DNA of 64,000 nucleotides from an uncultured Candidatus Saccharibacteria bacterium (GCA_964585475.1 CAZPDF010000006.1:8531-72530), one strand, 5' to 3'; shown: positions 1 through 10,664, numbered from the stretch's first letter. Numbers and translations: made by a program. Notes: a model not told the origin generated them from the letters alone.

Positions 1-4
1 CGAT

Positions 5-1366
5 ATGGAAGAGGAAAGGGCCCCGGAAAAACGCCAAAAATTAGAAAAAAAATATAAAAAAGCCCTAAAGAAATACGAAAAACTCCTCGGAAGCCATCAG
101 AATAGTGTACGAAAAGCCGCCGGAATTGAGGAAACTGAAGTACAAGAAAGCGAAGCTGAATCTCAAGAATTAACTCCAGAGCAAATAGCTGGAGATTTAA
201 CTTCTTCGTATTGGACAAACCGTCTGCAGGAAACGCAGCGCAGTATGAAAACTCCTGATATTAGAGTTCAAGGCGGTGATTTTGATATGGCAAGAAGTGA
301 AGCATATTTAAAAAACATTCGGGAAGGAAAATTTTTTGAAAGCGTTGATGTTTCGGGAACATACGACGGTGAACCTACTCAAAGATCAGAGTCATCTGTT
401 TACGATTTTTTTAAGAGAATAGCCGACAGTACCGAGCGAAGAATAGAGTCATTTAAAGATAGCCCCGAACTTGTCGAGAAATATAAAAGAGAAGGCGAGG
501 AAGCACAAAAAATCGTTGAAGCGATGGAAAAATTAAAACCAGCGGAAGAAGAGCCACGGGCCAGGCCCTTGCCAATCGAAGAAACACCCGCTCCGCATGG
601 CGAAGCGGAAGTTTTAGAAGACCCGGGAGAGGCGCTGCTTCGCCAAATTGAAGAGGCAGCGGGAGACGCCCCAAAAGTGGAAGAACTGCGAAATCAATAC
701 GCAAGATTTCTGCTTGGGGAGACCGAAGGGACGGAGGAAACGGCCGAAGAAACTTCTGCTGCCCTCCAAGAAGAAATACCACAGGACACGCTAGAAGCAT
801 GGCAAAAAGAAGTCGAGGGATTCTGGCCGCTTGCAGAAGACGAATTTATGGAAAGTTTTCTTGCTGCACTTGAGACGATGAAAGAAAAAGGGGGAAACGC
901 AAAAGAACTTCTTCAATCAATGGTGGATAATTTTGTGGAGATTGCCGGAGACAAATTCCCCGGCATCAAAGAACTTAAAAAGGAACAACCCGAAGAATTT
1001 GAAAAGATGAAAAAGGGCCTGCTCGATGCGGCCGATATCGCAGATCCCAAAGAGCGCAAGCAAAAATGGCAGGAGATTATAAAAGAGAATAATTTTAAAG
1101 GAGAAACCGAGCGGTCTGCACGAGGACTTGCGGAGGAGATAGGGCAGCTAAAAGACAAGGTTGGAAAGAAAAAAATCAAGCCGGAGGAGGCAAAAGACGC
1201 CAAAACCAAACTTGAAGAACTAAAGGGCAAGGCAGGGGCGCTTGAAAAAATGCTACCGACACTCGGCCTGGTCGGCGCCATGATCCTTCTCTCGATTTTG
1301 GTAATAATAGTGCTCGAACTTGAAGCGCTCAATATGCTTCTCGGACAAACAAAAGGGAAACGCTAA
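5..1366 (+). CDS. Glu/Lys-rich coiled-coil protein with a C-terminal transmembrane anchor; hypothetical (5′ end may precede the window)
   Basis: Long ORF with a highly charged E/K-rich low-complexity sequence; last ~30 aa hydrophobic (LGLVGAMILLSILVIIVLELEAL). No recognisable catalytic motifs. Confidence 0.45.
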   Translation: MEEERAPEKRQKLEKKYKKALKKYEKLLGSHQNSVRKAAGIEETEVQESEAESQELTPEQIAGDLTSSYWTNRLQETQRSMKTPDIRVQGGDFDMARSEAYLKNIREGKFFESVDVSGTYDGEPTQRSESSVYDFFKRIADSTERRIESFKDSPELVEKYKREGEEAQKIVEAMEKLKPAEEEPRARPLPIEETPAPHGEAEVLEDPGEALLRQIEEAAGDAPKVEELRNQYARFLLGETEGTEETAEETSAALQEEIPQDTLEAWQKEVEGFWPLAEDEFMESFLAALETMKEKGGNAKELLQSMVDNFVEIAGDKFPGIKELKKEQPEEFEKMKKGLLDAADIADPKERKQKWQEIIKENNFKGETERSARGLAEEIGQLKDKVGKKKIKPEEAKDAKTKLEELKGKAGALEKMLPTLGLVGAMILLSILVIIVLELEALNMLLGQTKGKR

Positions 1367-1377
1367 ACCCCGGCACC

Positions 1378-1602
1378 AAAATTTCGGCCAATCTTTATTG
1401 CTGCCCCGAACTTCAGAAATAGTTTGGAGCTCACACTAATAGTTGAGTACATCTTAAACTTCGGGGGACTTGTCCTCCCACCTTTTTATTGTTTAGACCG
1501 CGTAGCCGGAATTTAGTTCAAACTGGCCCCTTTGAATGGACCATGATTTAGAAGTAGAAAAGGTGGGAGGATAAACAGCAGCCGAAATTTGGTGCGGGGT
1601 AA
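1378..1602 (+). ncRNA. Candidate structured RNA / nested palindromic element
   Basis: Outer helix ACCCCGGCACCAAAATTTCGGC (1381-1402) pairs with GCCGAAATTTGGTGCGGGGT (1581-1600). Inner helix GTCCTCCCACCTTTT (1470-1484) pairs with AAAAGGTGGGAGGAT (1558-1572). Branch helix CCCCGAACTTC/AACTTCGGGGG. A rho-independent terminator follows immediately. Confidence 0.25.
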
Positions 1603-1624
1603 ACTAAAAATTCAAAGACGCAAA

Positions 1625-1653
1625 ACGCCCCGACTTTGGTCGGGGCGTTTTGA
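1625..1653 (+). terminator. Rho-independent terminator
   Basis: ACGCCCCGAC-TTTGGT-CGGGGCGT hairpin followed by TTTTG. Confidence 0.7.
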
Positions 1654-1698
1654 TTATAGACACAAAAAGCTACATGTGCTACGCTGGCCCCGGAACAC

Positions 1699-2508
1699 TT
1701 GAAAAAGAGGTCACATATAATGGTGGAAATTGGCGTAGGCGCGCTTCTACTCGGGTGGCTTACTGGCGTACTCATGGGCGGCCAGATGGATCCTGCCAAA
1801 CTAAAGGAACTCGAAGAAAAAGCCAAAGCGGCACAGGCAATGGTTGAGACGCTTCAGGCACAAGTTTCAGCGTTTGAGATAAAGCTTAACGCCAAGGAAA
1901 ATGAGGTGGAGTATATGAAATCGGTTGTCGGTTTCCTGCAGATCGAGCGAGATGATTCCAAGAAGAGGATCGTTGCGCTTGAGAAAGAAAATCAACTCCT
2001 CCGCGATACGCGAAATTCCTTGAGCGTGGAAAATGATGCGCTCTTATCCGACAGGAAAAAGCTCGAGGAGCAATATGCGGTTTCGCTATTCACAATTGAG
2101 TCCCAAGGCCAAAGACTAGCCGATCAGGATCTGCTCGTTAGACGAGGGCACGCGACTGCGCTTAAACTTCTTGCGGAACAAGCCAGAAGCCGGGCGCTTG
2201 CCAAAGAAATTCGCTTGAAGCAAAACGCGCTTGCATCCAGAGATAAAGAAATTCATGCCCTTCGGACGGAGCGCGAAGACCTAAAAGCCCGGATTACCGA
2301 AGCTGAAAAAAACCTGGCTTCGCTTTCCAAACTGCTTGACGACGCGATGTCGCAAAACGCCAACAAGAACCGCCTCATGCTTGCCTTGGCGCTACTGGCG
2401 CTGATAGCAGCAGTGCTTGGTTACGCCTGGGGACTACACGCTACCCGCAAAAGGCGCACGTCGCATCTCCCCCCGGATTTTAGACCGGGAATCAAAACCG
2501 GCAGCTAA
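1699..2508 (+). CDS. Coiled-coil membrane protein (N- and C-terminal hydrophobic segments), hypothetical
   Basis: ORF with heptad-like charged repeats (LEEKAKAAQAMVETLQAQVSAFE...) flanked by hydrophobic segments. Confidence 0.45.
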   Translation: MKKRSHIMVEIGVGALLLGWLTGVLMGGQMDPAKLKELEEKAKAAQAMVETLQAQVSAFEIKLNAKENEVEYMKSVVGFLQIERDDSKKRIVALEKENQLLRDTRNSLSVENDALLSDRKKLEEQYAVSLFTIESQGQRLADQDLLVRRGHATALKLLAEQARSRALAKEIRLKQNALASRDKEIHALRTEREDLKARITEAEKNLASLSKLLDDAMSQNANKNRLMLALALLALIAAVLGYAWGLHATRKRRTSHLPPDFRPGIKTGS

Positions 2509-2580
2509 AACTCAAGAAAAGGCCACGAATGTTAAGAAAAACAAAAACCCCATTAAAACAAGTTTTAACGGGGCAAGACG

Positions 2581-2612
2581 CGGCATCCCCAAAGATGCCG
2601 CTTTTCATTTTA
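2581..2612 (+). terminator. Rho-independent terminator
   Basis: GGCATCCCCAAAGATGCCG hairpin followed by CTTTTCATTTT. Confidence 0.6.
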
Positions 2613-2773
2613 AAGCGTAAACTACTGAACCTCCAACCAACAAGCTGGTTGGTATTCAAGGAAGCTTCTCGACTCGTCCCGCTTTAAGCGGGACTCGCTC
2701 GAAGAATATCGTTCGAGCTTGTCGAGAACCTACCTATGGTATCCGACCCGCAAGCTGGTCGGAATAATCAAGT

Positions 2774-4336
2774 TTAATCTGTTTGTGCTTTAGGTGCGTC
2801 TGGGTTTTCTGTCCCTATTTGTGTTTGGTGCGTGTCTGGATTTTGTTTTTTCTCCTCACGTATCATTCCAAGAGACATCCTATGCTCTTTCGGGTCAAGC
2901 AGAAGCACCTTGAAATCGTATTCCTGGCCAAGCTCAAGTTCTTCTTTCATTTTGGCTTCGGTGCCGAATTCGGAAATGTGGACAAGTCCCTGCACCCCGT
3001 TAGAAGTGTGCGAAGTTTTAACGTCGGTAACAGTAGATTCTTGAACAATTTTTTGATTGCCATCGGTGGGTGCTTCCGAACCAAGACTTTTAACGGGGTT
3101 AACCTGCGAATCAAATTCCGCAAATGCGCCAAAAGGATTGAATTTAGTCACTTTAGCCCTCACGTTATCGCCCTTTTTATACTTCTCCGCAAGTTTCACC
3201 CAAGGATCTTCTTTAAGAGCTTTTAGCGATAAGGAAACTTTGTCGCTCTGGATATTTATTATTTTTGCCTTGACTTTGTCGCCGGGTTTCAGAACGTCAC
3301 GCGGGTCTCCGATAAGCGTCCAGTCAATCTCAGAAATGTGAATCAGGCCCTCAAGTCCCGTCGCTTCGTCAAATTTCATAAATGCTCCGAAGTCAACCAC
3401 GCCAGTAATTTCTCCCTCAACCTCGTCACCAACTTTGTGTTTAGAAAGGGCCTCTCGCAGTGCGGCCTGATCCAGCTCTTTCTCGGTAAAAATGAGTTTA
3501 TTCTCGGTGACGTCCGCAAAAAGAATTTTTACCTTGAGGGTCTGCCCGACTAACTTTTGCAGTTCCTGAAAAACTTTCTCCTTATCTCCGCCTTCAACCC
3601 GCGGATAATTTTTCGCCGAAAGTTGGGAGGCGGGAAGAAAACCTTTAACATTTTTTAATTCAAGAATAAGTCCGCCGCGATTTGCTTCAAGCACCGGCAA
3701 TTCCAGTATCGCTCCTTCCTGCGTCATTTTTGCCAAATCAGTCCAGCGCCGTTCCTCTCCGGCCTCTTTGAGCGAGAGCTCGATATACCCCTCGTCGTTG
3801 TCCGGCAAAACCACTTTGGCGCTGACCGGATCGCCGGGGTTTAAATTTTTTATAATGTCCTGCGCCGCGTGATACTCTCTTCCGAAGACGAGTCCAATAC
3901 CGCGGTATCCTAAATCGATGAAAAGCCGCGTGCCCTTTTTCTCAAGCACGCTCCCCTCGACAATCTCACCGATCTTGGGAAGCGAAACTCCGGCAAAATT
4001 CCGCAGCATAGTTTCCATCGGATGCTTCCCTCGTAGTAGAACGTCGACTGGGTTGGCCTCGCGAACACCATCTGAAGATACGGCCGATGAACTAGGATCG
4101 AGCCGATCCTCCGATACACCCCTATTTTTATTGTCGCCTTCGGTGATAGTCGAAGTTTCACTACGGGGCTTCCCGTGAGGCTTCAAAACCGCGGTGGCTC
4201 TCTCGCCGTTTCCTTCGGTGTCGGCGCTGGAAGGAACTGTGTCCTGGGCCGTATCTACGCTATCGGCAGTTTCTTCCGGTATTTTTACTTCATCAGTCAT
4301 GAAGGAAAGTATAGGGGATAAAACTAAATTTGGCAA
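2774..4336 (-). CDS. S1 RNA-binding domain protein (multi-S1-repeat, ribosomal protein S1-like)
   Basis: Repeated S1-like blocks (GxV..I..fGaFv...g..GLvHiSEi ... GdkvkvkIl.id); C-terminal low-complexity tail. Confidence 0.7.
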   Translation of the reverse strand: MPNLVLSPILSFMTDEVKIPEETADSVDTAQDTVPSSADTEGNGERATAVLKPHGKPRSETSTITEGDNKNRGVSEDRLDPSSSAVSSDGVREANPVDVLLRGKHPMETMLRNFAGVSLPKIGEIVEGSVLEKKGTRLFIDLGYRGIGLVFGREYHAAQDIIKNLNPGDPVSAKVVLPDNDEGYIELSLKEAGEERRWTDLAKMTQEGAILELPVLEANRGGLILELKNVKGFLPASQLSAKNYPRVEGGDKEKVFQELQKLVGQTLKVKILFADVTENKLIFTEKELDQAALREALSKHKVGDEVEGEITGVVDFGAFMKFDEATGLEGLIHISEIDWTLIGDPRDVLKPGDKVKAKIINIQSDKVSLSLKALKEDPWVKLAEKYKKGDNVRAKVTKFNPFGAFAEFDSQVNPVKSLGSEAPTDGNQKIVQESTVTDVKTSHTSNGVQGLVHISEFGTEAKMKEELELGQEYDFKVLLLDPKEHRMSLGMIREEKKQNPDTHQTQIGTENPDAPKAQTD

Positions 4337-4390
4337 GAGAGAAGAATTATGCTATCGTAAGGCGGGCGGAAAAAGAAACAGTGTTTAGAT

Positions 4391-4547
4391 AAATCCTAAA
4401 TTCTAAGCACTAAATTCTAAACCGACCGATAGGTCGTCCTGAGCACAGCGAAGGAACTCACGAGTTCCTTCAGTCGCTTCGCTCCTTCAGGATGACTTGT
4501 TTGTGACAAGTCAGTTTAGAGTTTAGGATTTAGTATTTAGAGTTTCG
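4391..4547. repeat. Palindromic intergenic element, family A, copy 1
   Basis: Core 4434-4496 is a ~27-bp-arm palindrome (GTCGTCCTGAGCACAGCGAAGGAACTC ... GAGTTCCTTCAGTCGCTTCGCTCCTTCAGGATGAC). It is flanked by inverted AAATCCTAAATTCTAA / TTAGAGTTTAGGATTT motifs. Confidence 0.75.
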
Positions 4548-4550
4548 TTT

Positions 4551-5252
4551 ATGGTAATCCAATGGTATGGTCAGGCCTGCTTTAAGATAACCTCGGGCGA
4601 TTTGGTCATTGCCATTGACCCCTTCTCCAAAGACATTGGACTTACGGCCCCACGCTTCCGTGCCGATATTGTGTTGGTGACGCACGAGCATTTTGACCAT
4701 TCCAATGTCGAGTCAATATCCGCCGCCTCTTCGGGGCACCGCTCTGAAGAGCGAGCCTCGCCCAGCGAAGCTGGGCGGGAAGGTGCGTTCGTAATCTCCG
4801 GGCCGGGCGAGTATGAAGTTAAGGGCGTCTATATTCAAGGGCTTCGGACGTTTCATGACAAGGCGCAAGGAAAAGAGAGGGGCACCAATACTATTTATAA
4901 AATAGAGTTTGAAGATCTAAGTATCCTCCACTTGGGCGATTTTGGTGAAGGCGAACTTCGCGAGGAGGTTCAAAGCGAAATAGGCGATATTGATATTCTC
5001 CTGATTCCTGTCGGAGGGAAGTACACCATTGACGCGGATGAGGCCGCGAGAGTCATGAAGCAGATCGAGCCGCGCATTGCAATCCCGATGCACTACAAAA
5101 TCCCGGGTCTAAAAGTGGGGCTTGACGGCGTGGAACAATTCTTGAAAGAAGTCGGCGCATCCAAGAATCAGGCGCAGGAAAAACTGGTGATAAAGAAAAA
5201 GGATATGGGCGAGGAGGAGAAAACGGAAGTAGTGGTGTTAAAACCCGTCTGA
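4551..5252 (+). CDS. MBL-fold metallo-hydrolase
   Basis: HEHFDH metal-binding motif and downstream conserved His/Asp pattern of the metallo-beta-lactamase superfamily. Confidence 0.75.
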   Translation: MVIQWYGQACFKITSGDLVIAIDPFSKDIGLTAPRFRADIVLVTHEHFDHSNVESISAASSGHRSEERASPSEAGREGAFVISGPGEYEVKGVYIQGLRTFHDKAQGKERGTNTIYKIEFEDLSILHLGDFGEGELREEVQSEIGDIDILLIPVGGKYTIDADEAARVMKQIEPRIAIPMHYKIPGLKVGLDGVEQFLKEVGASKNQAQEKLVIKKKDMGEEEKTEVVVLKPV

Positions 5253-5306
5253 ATCATAGCAACGTGAAACATGCGACATGTCGCTTGTCACATGGTGCTT
5301 ATAAAA

Positions 5307-5720
5307 ATGAAACCTCTTGAGAAAATTTTGACCCATATCCGCTCCCTTCCGGAGAAGACGAGGCGCCTCCTCGCTGGCCTCTTTTTAATCGCGGCCGCAA
5401 TTCTTCTTTTTGTTTCATGGAGCATTACGATTCCCTCGCGGCTTACCTCTCTATCGGGGAATTCTTTCGTGAGAGACAATACAAATGTGGCGGCGCGGAT
5501 CGAGGGCGCCTCCGCTATCTCACCCGCCACCCCCTCGCCTGCGGAGGGCGTCATTGAATCTCTCGGCACAGTATTCAAAGCCATTGTCCCCGAAGTCAAT
5601 AGAGAAGAAGAATCGCGTACAGTTTTTTCTAGGATTGAAGAAACGGCAGGGTACGCATCAGCCATGATAATACAGGCGTTTGATACGCTATTAAATTACG
5701 CGGAGAGTCAACTGCAATAA
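5307..5720 (+). CDS. Hypothetical membrane-anchored protein (alternative upstream start at 5271)
   Basis: ORF with an N-terminal TM helix (LLAGLFLIAAAILLFVSW); no recognisable domain. Confidence 0.35.
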   Translation: MKPLEKILTHIRSLPEKTRRLLAGLFLIAAAILLFVSWSITIPSRLTSLSGNSFVRDNTNVAARIEGASAISPATPSPAEGVIESLGTVFKAIVPEVNREEESRTVFSRIEETAGYASAMIIQAFDTLLNYAESQLQ

Positions 5721-5779
5721 ATTCAAAATGCAAAATGATGGCTAGGCCTTTCAGGCCGCCATCCCGGCAGCAAAGCTGC

Positions 5780-5930
5780 TTAGGGACAATGCAAAATTTA
5801 AAATTGACACAGGGTGTCATCCTGAGCGAAGCGAAGGATCTCCGAGATCCTTCGGTCGCTTCGCTCCCTCAGGATGACGTCCTAAAGGACGTCAGTTTAG
5901 AATTTAGAGTTTAGGATTTAGAATTTTTAC
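5780..5930. repeat. Palindromic intergenic element, family A, copy 2
   Basis: Core 5816-5878: GTCATCCTGAGCGAAGCGAAGGATCTC-CGA-GATCCTTCGGTCGCTTCGCTCCCTCAGGATGAC. Its 5′ flank is near-identical to copy 5 (AATGCAAAATTTAAAATTGACACAGGGT), and TTTAGAATTTAGAGTTTAGGATTTAGAA follows. Confidence 0.8.
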
Positions 5931-5933
5931 ATA

Positions 5934-8396
5934 ATGCCCGACATAGGTAAAATAAAACAGCGGGAAATAGTTGACGAGATGCGCGAATCCTATCTGGATT
6001 ACGCGATGTCGGTCATTATTTCGCGCGCCCTCCCCGATGTCCGAGACGGTCTGAAGCCGGTGCACCGGAGGATTTTATATTCCATGCACGAGATGGGCTT
6101 GGGACACTCTGCCAAACACAGAAAGTCGGCGGCAGTCGTCGGAGATGTCTTGGGGAAATACCATCCGCATGGAGACATAGCGGTCTACGACTCTTTGGTA
6201 CGCATGGCCCAGGATTTTTCTCTGCGGTACCCCTTGATAGACGGGCAGGGAAACTGGGGAAACATAGACGGAGATTCTGCGGCGGCCATGCGTTATACCG
6301 AAAGCCGCATGACGCGCCTGGCCGAGGAAATGCTCGCCGACATCGAAAAAGACACGGTTGATTTTCGGGATAACTACGACGGCACGAGAAAAGAGCCGAT
6401 AGTACTGCCGGCCTCGGTGCCGAACCTCCTTCTTAACGGAACCCTGGGCATTGCCGTCGGCATGGCAACTTCAATTCCGCCGCATAATCTCGGCGAGGTT
6501 GTGGACGGCGTCATATATCTTATTGACCGCCCGAAAGCCACCACCGAGGATCTTATGGAATTGGTCAAGGGTCCGGATTTTCCGACCGGCGGCATTATCT
6601 TTGATGAAAAAGAAATACGCGCATCTTACGCCGCGGGCAGGGGATCGATTTTAAATCGAGGTGTGGCCGAAATCGAGGAAGACGGAAAAGCGGGGCATAA
6701 AATTGTAATTACCGAAATACCTTACCAGGTAAATAAGTCAGGACTCCTTGAAGTCATGGCAGCCATCGTGCATGAAAAACGAGTAGAGGGAATAAAAGAT
6801 ATACGAGACGAATCGGATAAAGATGGCTTAAGAATTGTGGTAGAACTTAAATCAGATGCCCATCCCCAGAAAGTTTTAAATAATCTCTACAATCACACCG
6901 ACCTTGAAAAAAACTTCCATCTAAATATGCTGGCGCTAGTGGAGGGACTCCAGCCGCAGGTGCTCTCTTTAAAAGAGGTACTGGAAGAATTTCTCAAACA
7001 TAGGGTGGTGGTTGTTACTCGCCGAGCGAAATTTGATCTGGCCAAAGCTCGCGAGCGGATTCATATTCTCGAGGGCCTGAAGAAAGCGCTGGACCACATT
7101 GACCGGGTGATTGAGACGATTAAGAAATCGCTGGACCGCGAGGAGGCGCACGCGAACTTGATGAAAAAATTCGGGCTCACCCAAATACAAGCCACGGCCA
7201 TACTGGAGATGCGATTGCAGACCCTGGCCGGCCTGGAGCGCCAAAAGATTGAGGACGAGCTCAAAGAAAAAACGGCGCTCGCCAGGCAGCTTGATTCTTT
7301 GCTCAAAGATCCTAAAAAAATTACGGAAGTTATCCGGAAAGAACTGCTTGAAATGAAAGATAAATACGGGGATCTGCGTAAAACAAAAATAGTAAAAAGC
7401 TCCCCCAAAGAATTTTCCGATGAGGACCTCATACCAGAAGAAGAGGTAATGGTGATGTTGACCCGCGGCGGATATATCAAACGGATTAAGCCCGAGAACT
7501 ACCGCATGCAGAAACGCGGCGGAAAAGGGTTAATCGGGATCGAAACCAAAGAAGAAGATATGGTGGAGCATCTTCTTACTTGCAATACCCATGCGAGTCT
7601 CCTTTTTTTCACTAACTTCGGGAAGATCTATCAAGTACGCGTCTATGAAATTCCAGAAGGATCGCGGGTGGCGAAGGGCAAAGCCATTTTCAATTTCCTT
7701 TCGCTTTCAAGCCAAGAGCAGGTAACCTCGTGTCTCGCCGTGGCCAAAGGTAAAAAAGAAAAGTCCAGGGAGACGGGCGAAAAACAATACGCTGTGATGG
7801 TTACCAAAAACGGCATAATCAAAAAGGTGGATGCCGTTTCTTTTGAAAATGTGCGCCGATCCGGTCTCATCGCCCTGACTCTCAAAAAAGGAGACGAGCT
7901 CCGTTGGGCCAAACTGACCAAGGGCAGGGACGAGCTTATCCTGGTTACCAAAAAGGCACAGGCCATTCACTTTTCGGAAGCCGACGTGCGGCCAATGGGT
8001 CGGCAGGCGGCTGGGGTGCGCTCGATTCGACTACGAAGCGGGGACGAAGTGGTGGGGATGGACGTGATTAGTAACCAATTACCAATTACCAGTAACTCAA
8101 AGTTACTGGTGGTGATGGAAAACGGATACGGCAAAGAGACGCTTCTTAAACACTACAAAAAACAGCGCAGAGGCGGCTCGGGCATCAAGACCGCGAAAAT
8201 AACTACCAAGACCGGAAATGTCATAGGAACCAGAATCATCGGCGAAGAAGAATCGGAACTCATAGCGATATCGCGGAAGGGTCAGGTTATCCGCACCACT
8301 CTTTCCGCCATCCCGGTTTTGGGACGCGCCACCCAAGGAGTAAGGATTATGAGAATGGATTCGGGAGACGCGGTAGCTTCGATTACAACTTTTTAG
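5934..8396 (+). CDS. gyrA: DNA gyrase subunit A
   Basis: N-terminal [42 protein letters not shown] and the AAMRYTE active-site region with catalytic Tyr; C-terminal beta-pinwheel repeats. Confidence 0.92.
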   Translation: MPDIGKIKQREIVDEMRESYLDYAMSVIISRALPDVRDGLKPVHRRILYSMHEMGLGHSAKHRKSAAVVGDVLGKYHPHGDIAVYDSLVRMAQDFSLRYPLIDGQGNWGNIDGDSAAAMRYTESRMTRLAEEMLADIEKDTVDFRDNYDGTRKEPIVLPASVPNLLLNGTLGIAVGMATSIPPHNLGEVVDGVIYLIDRPKATTEDLMELVKGPDFPTGGIIFDEKEIRASYAAGRGSILNRGVAEIEEDGKAGHKIVITEIPYQVNKSGLLEVMAAIVHEKRVEGIKDIRDESDKDGLRIVVELKSDAHPQKVLNNLYNHTDLEKNFHLNMLALVEGLQPQVLSLKEVLEEFLKHRVVVVTRRAKFDLAKARERIHILEGLKKALDHIDRVIETIKKSLDREEAHANLMKKFGLTQIQATAILEMRLQTLAGLERQKIEDELKEKTALARQLDSLLKDPKKITEVIRKELLEMKDKYGDLRKTKIVKSSPKEFSDEDLIPEEEVMVMLTRGGYIKRIKPENYRMQKRGGKGLIGIETKEEDMVEHLLTCNTHASLLFFTNFGKIYQVRVYEIPEGSRVAKGKAIFNFLSLSSQEQVTSCLAVAKGKKEKSRETGEKQYAVMVTKNGIIKKVDAVSFENVRRSGLIALTLKKGDELRWAKLTKGRDELILVTKKAQAIHFSEADVRPMGRQAAGVRSIRLRSGDEVVGMDVISNQLPITSNSKLLVVMENGYGKETLLKHYKKQRRGGSGIKTAKITTKTGNVIGTRIIGEEESELIAISRKGQVIRTTLSAIPVLGRATQGVRIMRMDSGDAVASITTF

Positions 8397-8551
8397 CTTT
8401 ACGAAATACGAATATATACGAACTTACGAATTCTCCGGAACCGACATACGAATAGATTAACACGGTTCCGGTTACGAGTAGTTCGTACCCGAACGCCCAG
8501 ATTCGTATATGGCGTTCGGTACATTCATAATGATTAGTATTTCGTAAATAC

Positions 8552-9178
8552 GTGTTCAGCTTTTCCAGAATTGAGCGGCCCGCGTATTTGTTCTATAATA
8601 ATGGCATGGCAGAGGTTTCTTCGCCCGGACGAGAAATTGGCAGCGGTGGCTTCCTTGATCCCGAACGCATTGTTCGGCAGCTTGGGTTGGAGCGCGGGGA
8701 CCATGTCGCCGATTTCGGGGCCGGGCACGGATACTTTACCATTCCTATGGCACGCCTCGTGGGCGGAGACGGCCGGGTTTATGCTATAGACATTCAAAAG
8801 GCGGTGCTGGATATAATCCGCGCCAAAGCAAAACTCGAAAACATCCTTAATATCGAGCCGGTATGGGCGGATCTTGATTCGCCCGGCGGATCGCATCTCA
8901 AAGACAAATTTATTGACTTCGTAATGATCGCGAATATCCTTTTTCAGGCAGAGAAGCCGGACGTTTTACTCCGCGAAGCATATCGGGTGCTGCGTGAAGG
9001 CGGGCGTATGGCCATTATCGAGTGGAGTGATGCTACGCCTTCGCCCTTTGGTCCTCCGCCGCACCTAAGGGTTAAAAAGGAGGTGGCGCGCCAAATGGCC
9101 ATGGATGCCGGACTAGAACCGGAGCGAGAATTTGAAACGGGCGGTCATCACTACGGGCTCCTTTTTAAGAAGCGATAG
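8552..9178 (+). CDS. Class I SAM-dependent methyltransferase (likely start at 8606)
   Basis: Motif I VADFGAGHGYFT and post-I acidic residue; UbiE/COQ5-like fold. Confidence 0.65.
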   Translation: MFSFSRIERPAYLFYNNGMAEVSSPGREIGSGGFLDPERIVRQLGLERGDHVADFGAGHGYFTIPMARLVGGDGRVYAIDIQKAVLDIIRAKAKLENILNIEPVWADLDSPGGSHLKDKFIDFVMIANILFQAEKPDVLLREAYRVLREGGRMAIIEWSDATPSPFGPPPHLRVKKEVARQMAMDAGLEPEREFETGGHHYGLLFKKR

Positions 9179-9238
9179 ACTTTGGACCCCGCACCAGAAC
9201 CTGCGGTTCGGTACGGGGCATGCTTTTGACTCACTTTT

Positions 9239-10528
9239 ATGAACTCTCTACTCTCCCTCCTCAACAATAAAACCGTTCTTATCGCCGTCTTCGGAGCGCT
9301 AGTTTTGATCGGTATCCTGATTACTTTCGGGGTTCTTCCGGGACGACGCTCCGCGACTCCGGTACCCGCCACCCTTGAATTTTGGAACCTCGAAGATACA
9401 GACGAAGTATGGCGTGATATTTTCGAACGATTTAGAAAGCAGTTTCCGCATCTGACCGTGAGCTATCGCCGTTTTGACGAAGCTTCATACGAGGACTTCT
9501 TGGTCAATCGACTCGCCGAAGGCAAGGGGCCAGACGTTTTCGTCTTAAAAAATTCTTGGATCGCGAAACACCGAGACAAAATCGCCCCCTTGCCTGAAAC
9601 GGGAGAATATTCGGCCCGCGATTTTAAGCGTGATTTTGCTGATATAGCGGTCGAGGACCTTATTAACGAAAACAACCAAATTCTTGGCCTGCCCCTTTTC
9701 GTTGATACGCCGGCGCTTTTTTACAATAAAGACATTTTCAACACCGCCGGAATTGCCATACCGCCGAACGATTGGACCGATGTCATTAGGAAATCCCAGA
9801 TTCTCACCAAGGTCGCGCCCACCGGAGACATTATCCGATCGGGCATGGCTCTCGGCGGATATCGCAACATTGAGAATGCGTTTGAGACCCTAAATTCGCT
9901 GATACTGCAAAATGGCGACTCGATTCTCAACAAAAACGGCACGCCTTCCTTGGGACAGCAGGCAGCGGAGGCCGTTTCGTTTTACGCCTCGTTTGCTGAT
10001 CCTACCAAGCAAAATTATTCCTGGACCAGTCGTATGCGAAACTCCCTGGATTCTTTTGCCGAAGGCGTAACCGCAATGGTTATCGGGATGTCGCGGGACA
10101 TCGGCAGAATAGGCGCCCGCAATCCCCATCTTAATTTTTCGATCTTGCCTTTTCCCCAGCCGCGGGATGCAGAAACACGCATGGTCTATGGCGCTTATTT
10201 CTTTCCTACGGTGTCGAAGTTAAGCCAAAATCAAGAAGCGGCGTGGCAGTTTTTGCGCTTCATAACCTCGCGCGAGGCCGCAGACCTGTATCTGCGTAAA
10301 ACCTCGCGCTCCCCTGCCAGGCGCGACCTTATCTCCGCAGGCGCTCCCCAGGAACAGCTTTACGTTTTCTACAATCAAGCGTTAATAGCCCGCACCTGGC
10401 GTGTTCCTGATGAAAAACTAACTCGTAACCTTTTCCAGGATATGATAGAATCAGTAGTAGCTAAATCTTCCACACCGAGCCAAGGGGTGGATAGATTGCG
10501 AGAAAAATTACGTCTTATCAATTTCTAA
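9239..10528 (+). CDS. ABC transporter extracellular solute-binding protein (family 1, sugar-type)
   Basis: N-terminal TM/signal segment, then LEFWNLEDTDEVWRDIFERFRKQFPHLTVSYRRF...GPDVFVL, typical of SBP_bac_1. Confidence 0.65.
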   Translation: MNSLLSLLNNKTVLIAVFGALVLIGILITFGVLPGRRSATPVPATLEFWNLEDTDEVWRDIFERFRKQFPHLTVSYRRFDEASYEDFLVNRLAEGKGPDVFVLKNSWIAKHRDKIAPLPETGEYSARDFKRDFADIAVEDLINENNQILGLPLFVDTPALFYNKDIFNTAGIAIPPNDWTDVIRKSQILTKVAPTGDIIRSGMALGGYRNIENAFETLNSLILQNGDSILNKNGTPSLGQQAAEAVSFYASFADPTKQNYSWTSRMRNSLDSFAEGVTAMVIGMSRDIGRIGARNPHLNFSILPFPQPRDAETRMVYGAYFFPTVSKLSQNQEAAWQFLRFITSREAADLYLRKTSRSPARRDLISAGAPQEQLYVFYNQALIARTWRVPDEKLTRNLFQDMIESVVAKSSTPSQGVDRLREKLRLINF

Positions 10529-10664
10529 ATCCCGTTAGAAGCCTCACTACCTATCGCACCACCGCGTGAAACCCGAATCGTTTAGTAAAATTCATCCCGA
10601 CTTAGTTCTCGCAGAGAAATTTTATGGAAATTTTTCTGCGATAGGACTTCCAGTGGGATAAACC

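Noticed and set aside
1378-1602. Calling the nested-helix element an SRP (4.5S) RNA because of GGAGGATAAACAGCAGCC
   Set aside because: The conserved domain IV features (symmetric and asymmetric loops flanking a GNRA tetraloop, with AGGUCAGG opposite GGAAGCAGCC) are not recoverable on the 5′ strand. I kept it only as an unclassified candidate.
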